Positions 49,588 through 58,144 of a stretch of 64,000 nucleotides of DNA are shown piece by piece (position 1 is the stretch's first letter; each line of letters begins with the position of its first letter). The DNA comes from Treponema sp. (GTDB lineage Bacteria > Spirochaetota > Spirochaetia > Treponematales > Treponemataceae): the NCBI GenBank assembly GCA_045131275.1, contig JBGUQT010000043.1:53109-117108 (forward strand), given 5' to 3'. The translations under genes and the position numbers were made by a program. The notes beneath the pieces are model-generated. The model ran no database searches. It was not told the DNA's origin and saw only the letters and a list, made by a program, of their open reading frames with translations.

Positions 49588-50034
49588 TTATTTTACGCCT
49601 TTGAACAGACTCACGTGCTTTTCCAAATTCGCAAAGCCGTTCTTTGTGTAAAAGCGGAACGATGGCTTGTCGATGTCGGTTTGAAGAAAGATGCCTGCGA
49701 CACCGCGTTCCTTAATGTCCGCCTCTATCATCGCCATAAACTTGGAGCCAATGCCCCGGCCGCGCAAATCTTTCGACACGCAATATTCTTCGATGTTGTA
49801 ATTGGCTCCTTCCCACCAATGGCGGATTTGTCCCAAAGAAATCGCGACCAACTTTCCGTCAATCAAAAGGCCGTAATTGAGCGCGTTGTAGTGGCCCGAA
49901 ACTTCCTTAATGTATTCCGTCAATTGTTTTTGGTCGCTCCAGTCGTCGTTCCAAGGTTCGCCGGCAAAAGCCTCCTTGTACAACTGCGCGGCCTCGCTCA
50001 AATACGATTCATCAAGCTGAATGAATTGTTCCAT
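49588..50034 (-). CDS. GNAT acetyltransferase
   Basis: EPWNDDW, EEYCV..RGRGIG, FYTKNGF. Confidence 0.9.
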   Translation of the reverse strand: MEQFIQLDESYLSEAAQLYKEAFAGEPWNDDWSDQKQLTEYIKEVSGHYNALNYGLLIDGKLVAISLGQIRHWWEGANYNIEEYCVSKDLRGRGIGSKFMAMIEADIKERGVAGIFLQTDIDKPSFRFYTKNGFANLEKHVSLFKGVK

Positions 50035-50941
50035 TGTATTTCTCCAATATTTCTTCCGGGTAGTAGGAAAGCTTTGCCTTGCGAAGGCCTTCTATTCCCA
50101 AGTCCTCTTCCCGGTTTATGAATTCTGTTTTGACGGTTTTTGAAAACTCGTTGTTGATCACGGCGTAGCCGCCGTCACGGGCAAATTCAAAAAGGCATTT
50201 TTCAAAGTGAACGTCGGTGACAGCCTCGCTCAAAAGGCTTGCCACGCAAAAGGCGGCGGGCTTGTTGTCCACGTAAAGAAGGCCGCCTGTCATTCCGCAA
50301 GCTTGGCCAAAGATTTCATAATTTTCCAGCGCGGAAAAAATTATTTCCTTTTCTATTTTTAGGTCGTCGCCCGCCGCGCTGTTTGCGCCAGCCGAGGCGT
50401 CCGCCAAAGCTTCTTCAAGCCACTTTTCTTCTATCTCGCGCGCGTCTTGCAAGTTGCCGCTTGTCAAAGGCTCAAAGCGATAGTCTGGCCTCTTTGCCTT
50501 GAACTGCTTTATGTGGTTGCGTTTTTTACTGTATTTTTTTCCGGCAAGGCCTGCCAAATCTTCCGTCCGGTAAATGTAGTCGCTGGACTCCCGCGCGGTG
50601 GCAATCTGCGCCTTTGAAAATACGCGCGCGGCAATTTCTTTTTCGGCGGCGGTGATGTTTTTTAAGACAAAAGCGCCGCCTGTTTCGCGCGCCAAAAGTT
50701 CAAGCGCCACTTCCACTCCGTCAAGGCCGCCTTCAATTTTATGCGGAAAGAAAAAGCGCGGCTTTTGGTCTTCGTACAGGCGCAAAAAAAGCCAGCCGCC
50801 CTCTTCCGCGATTTGGGCGCTGAATTTTTTTGCGTAAAGAACGCAATTGACCGCGCCGTAAACGTTGGCAAAAAAGTCATTGTTCACGGCGCATTTTTGC
50901 AGAGACTCCAAATCTGTCAGGGTCGGCGTTTTCCAATTCAT
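50012..50941 (-). CDS. DUF2156 / phosphatidylglycerol lysyltransferase C-terminal-like protein
   Basis: DYIY..EDL..LAGKKYSKKRNH, VHFEK, INREEDLGIEGLRKAKLSYYP. Confidence 0.88.
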   Translation of the reverse strand: MNWKTPTLTDLESLQKCAVNNDFFANVYGAVNCVLYAKKFSAQIAEEGGWLFLRLYEDQKPRFFFPHKIEGGLDGVEVALELLARETGGAFVLKNITAAEKEIAARVFSKAQIATARESSDYIYRTEDLAGLAGKKYSKKRNHIKQFKAKRPDYRFEPLTSGNLQDAREIEEKWLEEALADASAGANSAAGDDLKIEKEIIFSALENYEIFGQACGMTGGLLYVDNKPAAFCVASLLSEAVTDVHFEKCLFEFARDGGYAVINNEFSKTVKTEFINREEDLGIEGLRKAKLSYYPEEILEKYNGTIHSA

Positions 50942-51393
50942 TTTGTGATGGAAAGATTCATTCCATCAACATTGTCACCAAAACCAAGGCTTTTGTAAAG
51001 AGGGCGGCCCATTTGAGTCGCGTCCAAACTGATTTCCGTAACGCCGCGTCTCTTGGCCTCGTCAATCAAAAACTGGACCATCAACTTTCCGACGCCGCGC
51101 CTGCGGAAGGCTTCTCTTGTGTAGACGTTCATAAGGTGGGCGCGCTTTCCTGTGGGGTGGTCAAAGGTCGGCATTACAGTGATGTAGCTGAGCGTCGCGC
51201 AGCCAGCAATCTGGTCTCCATCCATCGCAAAGACAGTCGTCTGGTCTCCGTTCAAAAAATATTCGCGGCTGCATTCAAGCAGCTGGCTACTAAAGCTATC
51301 GCCGTCGTTTAGGTTATTCACAACACGCAGCATTTCAAGGCGGATTTGCATCAAAGTTTCAATGTCGTTTGGGGTTGTTTTTTTTATCTGCAT
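50938..51393 (-). CDS. GNAT acetyltransferase
   Basis: LMNVYT..FRRRGVG, LDAT..GRPLYKSLGF. Confidence 0.9.
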   Translation of the reverse strand: MQIKKTTPNDIETLMQIRLEMLRVVNNLNDGDSFSSQLLECSREYFLNGDQTTVFAMDGDQIAGCATLSYITVMPTFDHPTGKRAHLMNVYTREAFRRRGVGKLMVQFLIDEAKRRGVTEISLDATQMGRPLYKSLGFGDNVDGMNLSITK

Positions 51394-51423
51394 TTTGATT
51401 TACCTTCTGTCCTCTGTAATTTG

Positions 51424-51846
51424 TTATTTTACCTTTAGAAATTGCCTTAGCCTCTGTGCCTCGTTGGAGTCAAAGCCGAATTTTTTGTAGAAGGGAATTT
51501 TATCCGGCATGGCGCAAAGCTCAACAAAAATTTCCGAACCTTTTATTCCATTGTCGTTGATGAATTTTAAAATCTCGTTTATGAGCATCCGTCCGACTCC
51601 CTTACCCTGATATTCTGGCCGCACAATGACATCCTTTATGTAATAATCAAGTCCCATGTCTCCGTTTACGCGGGCCATTGCAATTATTTTCTCACCGTCG
51701 AATATCGAAACCCTGAACAATGTGTGTGCCATAGCAAGCCGTGTCTGCTCCAGTGTCGGTCCTTCTCCCCAGTGTACTGCCTGCCAAAGCTCAATGAATT
51801 GCTCAGCCGTAAGCTCGTTGTATTTTACAGTAAGTCCTTCCATCAT
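51424..51846 (-). CDS. GNAT acetyltransferase
   Basis: DVIVRPEYQGKGVG, FYKKFGF. Confidence 0.9.
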   Translation of the reverse strand: MMEGLTVKYNELTAEQFIELWQAVHWGEGPTLEQTRLAMAHTLFRVSIFDGEKIIAMARVNGDMGLDYYIKDVIVRPEYQGKGVGRMLINEILKFINDNGIKGSEIFVELCAMPDKIPFYKKFGFDSNEAQRLRQFLKVK

Positions 51847-52415
51847 TTCCTCCCCTTTTTCTCATACTCGTCTTTTAAGATAGAAAACACCATTCTTCCT
51901 TCATAGTGGTCTTTGCGCCAGAAAAAATCACGGAAGGTTCCTTCGTGGGTCAAGCCGCATTTTTCGATGACTCTTTTTGACGCTGTGTTTTCCGGGCGGC
52001 AGTCGATTTCCACTCTATGCAGGCCGATTTTTTCAAAGCCAAAGGCGATGACCGCTTTTGTCATTTCGGTGGCGTATCCTTTTCCCTGGAAGGCCGGGCC
52101 AATGGCATATTCAATCTCGCCATGCAGGTTGTTTGTATCCATTGTAAAATAAGCGATTTGCCCGATGCACTCGCCAGACTCTTTTTCTATGACCGCCCAC
52201 CGGTAATAATCATCCTTTGAATACGAAACGATGTACTTTGTGTCAAATAAATTCCGCACAGCTTCTGGGGTTAGATAGAACGGCTCTCCGTAATCATATT
52301 GTGTCTTTTCATCAGAAATCCAATTCCTAAGCATTGAATCAATGTCCGAGTATTCAAAGCGACGGAGAATCAACCGCTCCGTCTCAATCGTTTGCGTTCC
52401 AATGTGCGTAAGCAT
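51843..52415 (-). CDS. RimJ/RimL-type GNAT acetyltransferase
   Basis: IETERLILR, EIEYAI...FQGKGYATE, N.ASKRVIEKCG. Confidence 0.9.
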   Translation of the reverse strand: MLTHIGTQTIETERLILRRFEYSDIDSMLRNWISDEKTQYDYGEPFYLTPEAVRNLFDTKYIVSYSKDDYYRWAVIEKESGECIGQIAYFTMDTNNLHGEIEYAIGPAFQGKGYATEMTKAVIAFGFEKIGLHRVEIDCRPENTASKRVIEKCGLTHEGTFRDFFWRKDHYEGRMVFSILKDEYEKKGRK

Positions 52416-52424
52416 ATAATTCTC

Positions 52425-53000
52425 CTATTCTTTATACTCTTTTTGTATGTGAAATACTTCTTCCATTGAAAGGAATTTTTTTCCGTCAAATTCCATCTTT
52501 AGAATCCATGGCATAAAGTCTATGATTTTCATAAAACTTTCGCCGTTAAAACTTTTGTCATAGTAGTTTATTATGGAAGAAAGCGCCGTTCCGTGAGTTC
52601 CGATGACAATGTTCTTGCCATCATATTTCTCAAGAATTTCATTGAGCGCCTCGATGTTTCTTTTCTGCACGGCTCCAATGGATTCTCCGTCATCTTCCGC
52701 AAAGGATAAGTCGGCCCAACGCTTCTTGAACATTTCATGGTTGTTGCTGTCTTTTCCTGCTTTGCGTTCACGAAGGCGTTCGTCTGTCTGGATTGCCATG
52801 CCGTAAGAGTCGGCGGCTTTTTTTATTGAATCATGGCTTCTCTTGTAGGGGCTTGAAATAAAGACGTCAATCTTCTTGTCCTTTAGAATTTCTGCCACCT
52901 TATTTGAATCCTCAAGACCTTCTTCTGTCAGGGGTCTGTTTCTGTCATCCTGTATTTTTCCGTCGGGCTTGCAATGTCTTACAAAATAAATTGTTGTCAT
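52425..53000 (-). CDS. Histidine phosphatase family protein
   Basis: YFVRH, SSPYKR, LRER, GES, GTHG. Confidence 0.9.
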   Translation of the reverse strand: MTTIYFVRHCKPDGKIQDDRNRPLTEEGLEDSNKVAEILKDKKIDVFISSPYKRSHDSIKKAADSYGMAIQTDERLRERKAGKDSNNHEMFKKRWADLSFAEDDGESIGAVQKRNIEALNEILEKYDGKNIVIGTHGTALSSIINYYDKSFNGESFMKIIDFMPWILKMEFDGKKFLSMEEVFHIQKEYKE

Positions 53001-53647
53001 AAATTTATTTTACCGTCTTTCCTGTGCAATAACAAGTTTGCCAAGTCTACAATGGTCTGAATTACCCCATCCGGTGCCTTTGCCTTGCCAAATCCATAAG
53101 CTGCCCAGATAAAAGGAATGCCCGCATATCTTGCCGCGCTCTCATCTCCGGCAGTGTCGCCTACATAAACAGCATTGTCAATACCGTTCCGCTTCATTAT
53201 CAGCTTGATGTTTTCGCCTTTTTCCATGCCGGTGCGGCCTGACATTTCTATGTCTTTAAAATGATGCCCCATATTATGCGCATGCAAAAAGGCGGGAACG
53301 TATCCATCCTGACAATTGCTTACAATGTATAAATCATAGTCCTTTTCAAGTTCAGAAAGAGTTTCCTCTACGCCATCGAAAACATTAGCTCCATGTTCTG
53401 ACAGATATTTAACTTCTTCGTCTCCAAAATCATTTACTATGCTCATGCGCTCTTCTTCCGTCATGTCCGGGAACAAGGCCGCGCCAATCTCCGGCATGGT
53501 TTTTCCCATGAGACTGGAAGAAATTTCCTGTGTCATTCGAATAGCCGTTTTTCCGTGCTTGTCAAAAACGCGGTTCCAAATATCCACGGAACATCCTGTT
53601 GCATCCCAAAGAGTCCCGTCAAGGTCAAATATAATGGCTTTTTTCAT
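52997..53647 (-). CDS. HAD-family hydrolase
   Basis: IFDLDGTL, IVSN, K, YVGDTAGD. Confidence 0.92.
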   Translation of the reverse strand: MKKAIIFDLDGTLWDATGCSVDIWNRVFDKHGKTAIRMTQEISSSLMGKTMPEIGAALFPDMTEEERMSIVNDFGDEEVKYLSEHGANVFDGVEETLSELEKDYDLYIVSNCQDGYVPAFLHAHNMGHHFKDIEMSGRTGMEKGENIKLIMKRNGIDNAVYVGDTAGDESAARYAGIPFIWAAYGFGKAKAPDGVIQTIVDLANLLLHRKDGKINL

Positions 53648-53657
53648 GTTGATTCCT

Positions 53658-53726
53658 TTAATTTAGCCAGGCAGTTACCAAGTTTTCAAAAATTTTAGGA
53701 TGTTCAATCTGAAGGTAATTCCGTGC
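53658..53726 (-). pseudogene. Possible 3' remnant of an alpha/beta hydrolase gene
   Basis: Start-less frame ARNYLQIEHPKIFENLVTAWLN* resembles the GH.LQIE.P..F..LV..WL C-terminus of alpha/beta hydrolases. Confidence 0.35.
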
Positions 53727-53727
53727 T

Positions 53728-54153
53728 TCATTTGCTTTCTCCTATCCACTGGCACATTCCGCAACCGAAGGTTTCGTTTGGACGCGAAATGAATCCGAAC
53801 TTTTTGTAAAAGTCTTCTTTTCCTTTTGCGGCCATAAGGTTGACCATGATTTTGTATCCGGGCTTTAGCTGGCTTTTAATAAACTCCATTGCGTTGTTCA
53901 TCAGTTCCCGTCCAAGACCCTTGCCCTGGAATTCCGGGCGGACTATTACATCCGCAATATAAGCAACATACAGGTGATCCCATAGCACGCGGCAGAATGC
54001 GATTGCCTTTCCGTCTTTTCTAAAGCAGCATAAATGGCTTGTGTGCTTTAGACCGTCTGCTGCCTGTTCGTTGGACAATGCCTGCCAGCCAACTATTTTT
54101 CTCATTTCGTTGTATTCTTCTGCGCTAATCTGATTTGCAATTTCGTAGTCCAT
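53728..54153 (-). CDS. GNAT acetyltransferase
   Basis: DVIVRPEFQGKGLG, FYKKFGF. Confidence 0.9.
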   Translation of the reverse strand: MDYEIANQISAEEYNEMRKIVGWQALSNEQAADGLKHTSHLCCFRKDGKAIAFCRVLWDHLYVAYIADVIVRPEFQGKGLGRELMNNAMEFIKSQLKPGYKIMVNLMAAKGKEDFYKKFGFISRPNETFGCGMCQWIGESK

Positions 54154-54158
54154 GTTTT

Positions 54159-54977
54159 TTACTCTCCTGCGCTAAAAGCTTTTGTCGCATTTTGTGCCGT
54201 TTGCTTTCTCTTGTCCAGTGTTTTTTGGAACATTGCATTCGCTGTTGAGGGGAACTGCTCGTAAATGACTTTTGTTCCTTCTTCCGTTATGCCGCCTTTT
54301 GTTGCAACCCTTGCCACGACTTCTTCAAAGGAAAGCCCTTTTTGAATCATCAAATCTCCTGTTGCGCTTACCGTGTTCAAAACCATTTTTATAATCTGTT
54401 CATCCGGCAAAGACGTGTGTTTTTTAGCTGACTTGCAAACAACGTCGAACATTGATGCTATAAAACCAGGCATGCAGCTGACAAGTTCCGAACCCATTCC
54501 AATTTCATTCTCTGGAAGAACAATTACGTTTCCCATGCAGGAAAGAATTTCTTCCAGGCTTATTTTGTCTTCGGTACGAACAAAGTTGTTGTAGGAAACC
54601 AAGGTTTGCGAGCGGTTTATCTCCGCCGTGACGCTGGGAATAACTTTCGCTATTTTGCGCGGCGCGATTCTTTCAAGCATTTCAAAAGTGACGCTTCCGT
54701 TCAGCGAAACAAGGAGCGCGTCTTTTTTTAGCGAGCCGTTGATTTCCGCCACAACTTCCTTTAAGTCGCAGGGGCGGACGCATACAAAAAGAATGTCGAC
54801 GTTTTTTGCAGCCTCGGAATTTGTGTCGCAAACAGTCGCAAGACTTGCGATTTCGTTCAAGCACTCTTTTGTTCTGTTGGAAACGAACAAAGAATTTTTA
54901 TCCGTCCGGCCTGATTCCAAAAATTTTTGCGCGAGCATCTTTCCCATGCTGCCGTAGCCGATGATTCCGACATTCAT
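54159..54977 (-). CDS. Pyrroline-5-carboxylate reductase family protein (ProC/ComER-like)
   Basis: IIGYGSMG, CVRP, VATKGGITE. Confidence 0.8.
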   Translation of the reverse strand: MNVGIIGYGSMGKMLAQKFLESGRTDKNSLFVSNRTKECLNEIASLATVCDTNSEAAKNVDILFVCVRPCDLKEVVAEINGSLKKDALLVSLNGSVTFEMLERIAPRKIAKVIPSVTAEINRSQTLVSYNNFVRTEDKISLEEILSCMGNVIVLPENEIGMGSELVSCMPGFIASMFDVVCKSAKKHTSLPDEQIIKMVLNTVSATGDLMIQKGLSFEEVVARVATKGGITEEGTKVIYEQFPSTANAMFQKTLDKRKQTAQNATKAFSAGE

Positions 54978-54990
54978 TTTGTATCCTCTC

Positions 54991-55461
54991 CTAAAATTTT
55001 AGCCGCATGTCGCGGTAGCGGTTTTCCTTTTCTTTAAAGCCTAATTTTTCGTAAATGCCAAAGCCTGCGTCGGTCGCGCTAAGGTCAATTCGGCTAAGGC
55101 CTTTTTCTTTGGCAAACGCGATTAAATTTTTCATCAATGTTGAAGCCAAGCCTTTGCCCCGGTATTCGCTTTGAGTAAAAACATTCAGAACCTCGCCGTA
55201 AAATCCGCTCAAGATATTTGGATTTGCGGGCATTTCGATTGTCAAAAGCAAGGCGACCGAAACAATTTTATCGCCGTCGCGCGCGACAAAGGCAAAGAGT
55301 TCTTTTCCAAGCTTTCGCTCAAAATAATCAGGAAGCTGCTTTTCCATGCAAGATTTTTCGCGCTCCGAAACTGAGCCAAAGTCGTCTTGCATATAGGCAT
55401 GGCGCAAGCGAATAAGTTGCGGTATGTCGTCTTTTGTCGCCAGTCCAAACGTTATGTTCAT
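54991..55461 (-). CDS. GNAT acetyltransferase
   Basis: LNVFT..YRGKGLA, LSAT..G..IYEKLGF. Confidence 0.9.
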   Translation of the reverse strand: MNITFGLATKDDIPQLIRLRHAYMQDDFGSVSEREKSCMEKQLPDYFERKLGKELFAFVARDGDKIVSVALLLTIEMPANPNILSGFYGEVLNVFTQSEYRGKGLASTLMKNLIAFAKEKGLSRIDLSATDAGFGIYEKLGFKEKENRYRDMRLKF

Positions 55462-55823
55462 TTTTTCTCCTTGTAAGCGTAGCCAAAGTTGATCGGTGGA
55501 GCGGTTACGGAAACGTAAATGAATTCTCCGTCGCCGTCGTTCAAAAGACCGTGAACGTCTTTGTCGGCGAATCGCGCCACGTCTCCCGCCTTGAATTCCT
55601 TTTCTTTGTCGTCGGCAAGAAGAAGCTTACCGCTGCCCCTGACGGCGTACCAGATTTGCTCCGACGCGTCGTGAGTGTGGCGGGGTTGTACCGCTCCGGG
55701 AACAAGGTGAACTTCCGTAATCGTCACGCGCTTGCTTGTTGAATTTTCCGGGTTCAAAAGCTGTCGCGACACGACGCCGGGATTGGACAATTCTTTAATG
55801 TCGTTTGCGTTTATAAATTCCAT
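55458..55823 (-). CDS. Cupin domain protein
   Basis: PGAVQPRHTH..SEQIWY...G.G, GDV......HG. Confidence 0.88.
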   Translation of the reverse strand: MEFINANDIKELSNPGVVSRQLLNPENSTSKRVTITEVHLVPGAVQPRHTHDASEQIWYAVRGSGKLLLADDKEKEFKAGDVARFADKDVHGLLNDGDGEFIYVSVTAPPINFGYAYKEKK

Positions 55824-55924
55824 ATATATTATTCTAGCGAACATTTTTTTGTAAGAAAACCATTAAATTTTTATTTTTTGATAACAATATTGCATATAAA
55901 AAGTAAAATTGTTATAATATTTGC

Positions 55925-56836
55925 ATGGACCGGCAATTCAAGAACGTAAAGCGCGGCGTCATCATAAAGCGCAAGGACGGCTCGGAAGTCGTCCGATACA
56001 ACGACCCGTCGTTTCCGTCATACATCTTTGACGGCTACGTCGTAAAAGGCTGCGATTGGGAACGCGTTCCGCACTACCACGAGGAAGTCGAAATTGTTTC
56101 CGTCAAAAGCAACGAGATGGCCTACATGGTTGAAGGAACGCTTGTCAAGCTAAAAAAAGGCGACACGCTTTTTGTAAATTCCGGCTGCATCCATTATTCG
56201 CTTTCCACCACCAACGAAGTCACGCGCTACATAATCGCGATTCTTCATCCAAAAATCATTTGCTCAAGTTTTGCGGTGGAACAAAAGGCGGTGCGCCCGA
56301 TTGTCTCGGACAAAACCGTTCCCTTCGTCCATTTTAAGAGGGAAGATTTTGACGCGCCTACAATCTTTCAGCTTATGATAGAGATGGAAGACAACTGCAA
56401 AGGAAATGAATTTTTAATCACAAAATATTTTTTTGAACTTTGGGACATCATCATGCGCCGCTTTACAGAAGCGTACCGCGTTCACGTCCACAACATGGAA
56501 GAAAGTTCCGGCCACAACTCAAGGCTAAAGGAGATGATGCTTTTTATCGACGAGCGTTACCGCGACCGAATATCTTTGAACGACATCGCGCGAGCCGGCG
56601 GAGTAAGCCAAAGCCTTTGCAACCAAATCTTCAACAAACTGACCGAAAAATCCCCGATAGAATATTTGGCGCAATACCGCTGCCGCAAAGTGGCCGACCT
56701 GCTTGCCTCAAGCGAAATGTCAATGACCGAAATCGCCGACGCCACCGGCTTTTCCGGCGCCAGCTACATGGCCGAAACTTTTAAGAAGTATTTCAACCAA
56801 TCGCCAAGAGACTACAAAAAAAGCCAACGGAGGTAA
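55925..56836 (+). CDS. AraC-family regulator
   Basis: PHYHEEVE cupin; IARAGGVS; TGFSGASYMAETFKK...SPRDY. Confidence 0.92.
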   Translation: MDRQFKNVKRGVIIKRKDGSEVVRYNDPSFPSYIFDGYVVKGCDWERVPHYHEEVEIVSVKSNEMAYMVEGTLVKLKKGDTLFVNSGCIHYSLSTTNEVTRYIIAILHPKIICSSFAVEQKAVRPIVSDKTVPFVHFKREDFDAPTIFQLMIEMEDNCKGNEFLITKYFFELWDIIMRRFTEAYRVHVHNMEESSGHNSRLKEMMLFIDERYRDRISLNDIARAGGVSQSLCNQIFNKLTEKSPIEYLAQYRCRKVADLLASSEMSMTEIADATGFSGASYMAETFKKYFNQSPRDYKKSQRR

Positions 56837-56841
56837 AGAAT

Positions 56842-57201
56842 ATGATTCAGATTTTTGGAACGAACAAATCATTTGACTGCAAAGCGGCCCAGCGTTTTTT
56901 TAAGGAACGCCGCCTGCCCTTTCAATTTGTCGATTTAAAGGAAAAAGAAATGAGCCAAGGCGAATTTGAAAGCGTAGTCGCGGCCCTTTCAAAATCTCTT
57001 GGAAGCCGCTCCGCCGCCATCGAAGCGCTAATCGACCAAAAGAGCAAAGACTACTCCAGCGTCGCCTACCTTGACGACAGCGACAAAGAATCAAAGCTCT
57101 TTGAAAACCAAGCCAAGCTCCTAGTCCAGCCCGTCTGCCGCAACGGCAAAACCGAAGCCACCGTCGGCATGGCGCAAAAGGTTTGGGAAGGATGGAAGTA
57201 A
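56842..57201 (+). CDS. ArsC/Spx-family protein
   Basis: IQIFGT.KSFDCKAAQRFFKER, QFVDL, P.CRNG..ATVG. Confidence 0.82.
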   Translation: MIQIFGTNKSFDCKAAQRFFKERRLPFQFVDLKEKEMSQGEFESVVAALSKSLGSRSAAIEALIDQKSKDYSSVAYLDDSDKESKLFENQAKLLVQPVCRNGKTEATVGMAQKVWEGWK

Positions 57202-57206
57202 GGGGG

Positions 57207-57342
57207 AACTGTTCGGAAATTCCGAAGAGTTGGATTTTTGTCGTCAAAGTGTGCATGATATAAAAATCGGGAATTCCGATTTTTTCTCTACTGTAGTAAT
57301 CTAAGAATTTTTAACCGTCTCGAATTCGAGGCGGTTAAAAAA
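57207..57342. repeat. Three palindromes with GAA(A)TTC cores at the edge of the AT-rich island
   Basis: AACTGTTCGGAAATTCCGAAGAGTT; AAAAATCGGGAATTCCGATTTTT; TTTTTAACCGTCTCGAATTCGAGGCGGTTAAAAA. Confidence 0.7.
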
Positions 57343-57382
57343 ATAAAAAGAATACAAACAGAGGCCTCTAAATCAAAAGTAA

Positions 57383-58144
57383 TTACTTGGTCAAAGTCCC
57401 TTTCTTAATATAATATATAATATCATTTTTTTTACAGAACTTGATGACCTTTTCGGCTTCTTTGTTATAAAATTCTTTATGATCTTTAAATTCAGATATA
57501 ATTTTATTATAATGCGTTCGACCAAAAATTATTTTATCAACGAATTTTATTTTTTCCAAAAGGACCATTAAATCCTGATTTATAATGTTTGGAGTAGGAT
57601 ATGGTTCTATACTTACCCATGTTTTACAGCCAACTTCGTGAAGTTTTTTCAATGCAGAGATTCTTTTTATATAAGACACTGAATTAGGCTCATATTCACT
57701 TCTATACTTTTCATCAAGCGATACTAAAGTTATTCCATATTCATTCTTTTTAGAATATTTTTTTAATTCCAATGGTAACTTTCCTTTTGTGAGAATATTG
57801 CATTGAATGTCGGCATCGTTTAATTTTTCTATCGCTTTTAAACTAATCTCACAAACTTCAGGATACCCTTCCATAAATGGGTCTGTTGTAAAACAAAGCT
57901 GAACAGATTTTATTTTATTTTTTAGTTTTGGAATTTCTTTATCCAAAAGCTCAAGCGTATTGCTTACAAGTTTCGGTTTACACCATTCTCCATAAGATTT
58001 TATATTGCCAAATCTTTTAGCCATAAGATAAGCATAGCAGGGATATTTGCATCCATGAAAGCAGCCAAGAACATGATTCATTGTATAATCGCCATATTCA
58101 ACGCCTGTTTTATATAGCATTGATTTTCGAGTAATTGTTTTCAT
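57383..58144 (-). CDS. SPL-like radical SAM protein with CxxxCxxxC motif, partner of TcmP
   Basis: NHVLGCFHGCKYPCYA, FTTDPF, ILTKG, YEP, TWVSIEP. Confidence 0.8.
   Translation of the reverse strand: MKTITRKSMLYKTGVEYGDYTMNHVLGCFHGCKYPCYAYLMAKRFGNIKSYGEWCKPKLVSNTLELLDKEIPKLKNKIKSVQLCFTTDPFMEGYPEVCEISLKAIEKLNDADIQCNILTKGKLPLELKKYSKKNEYGITLVSLDEKYRSEYEPNSVSYIKRISALKKLHEVGCKTWVSIEPYPTPNIINQDLMVLLEKIKFVDKIIFGRTHYNKIISEFKDHKEFYNKEAEKVIKFCKKNDIIYYIKKGTLTK

Noticed and set aside
49588-55823. Integron cassette array
   Set aside because: Genes overlap or are separated by a few bases; no recurring attC-like inverted repeats and no integrase in the window.
57207-57342. Mini CRISPR array
   Set aside because: The three palindromes differ in sequence and length, spacing is irregular, and there are no cas genes.
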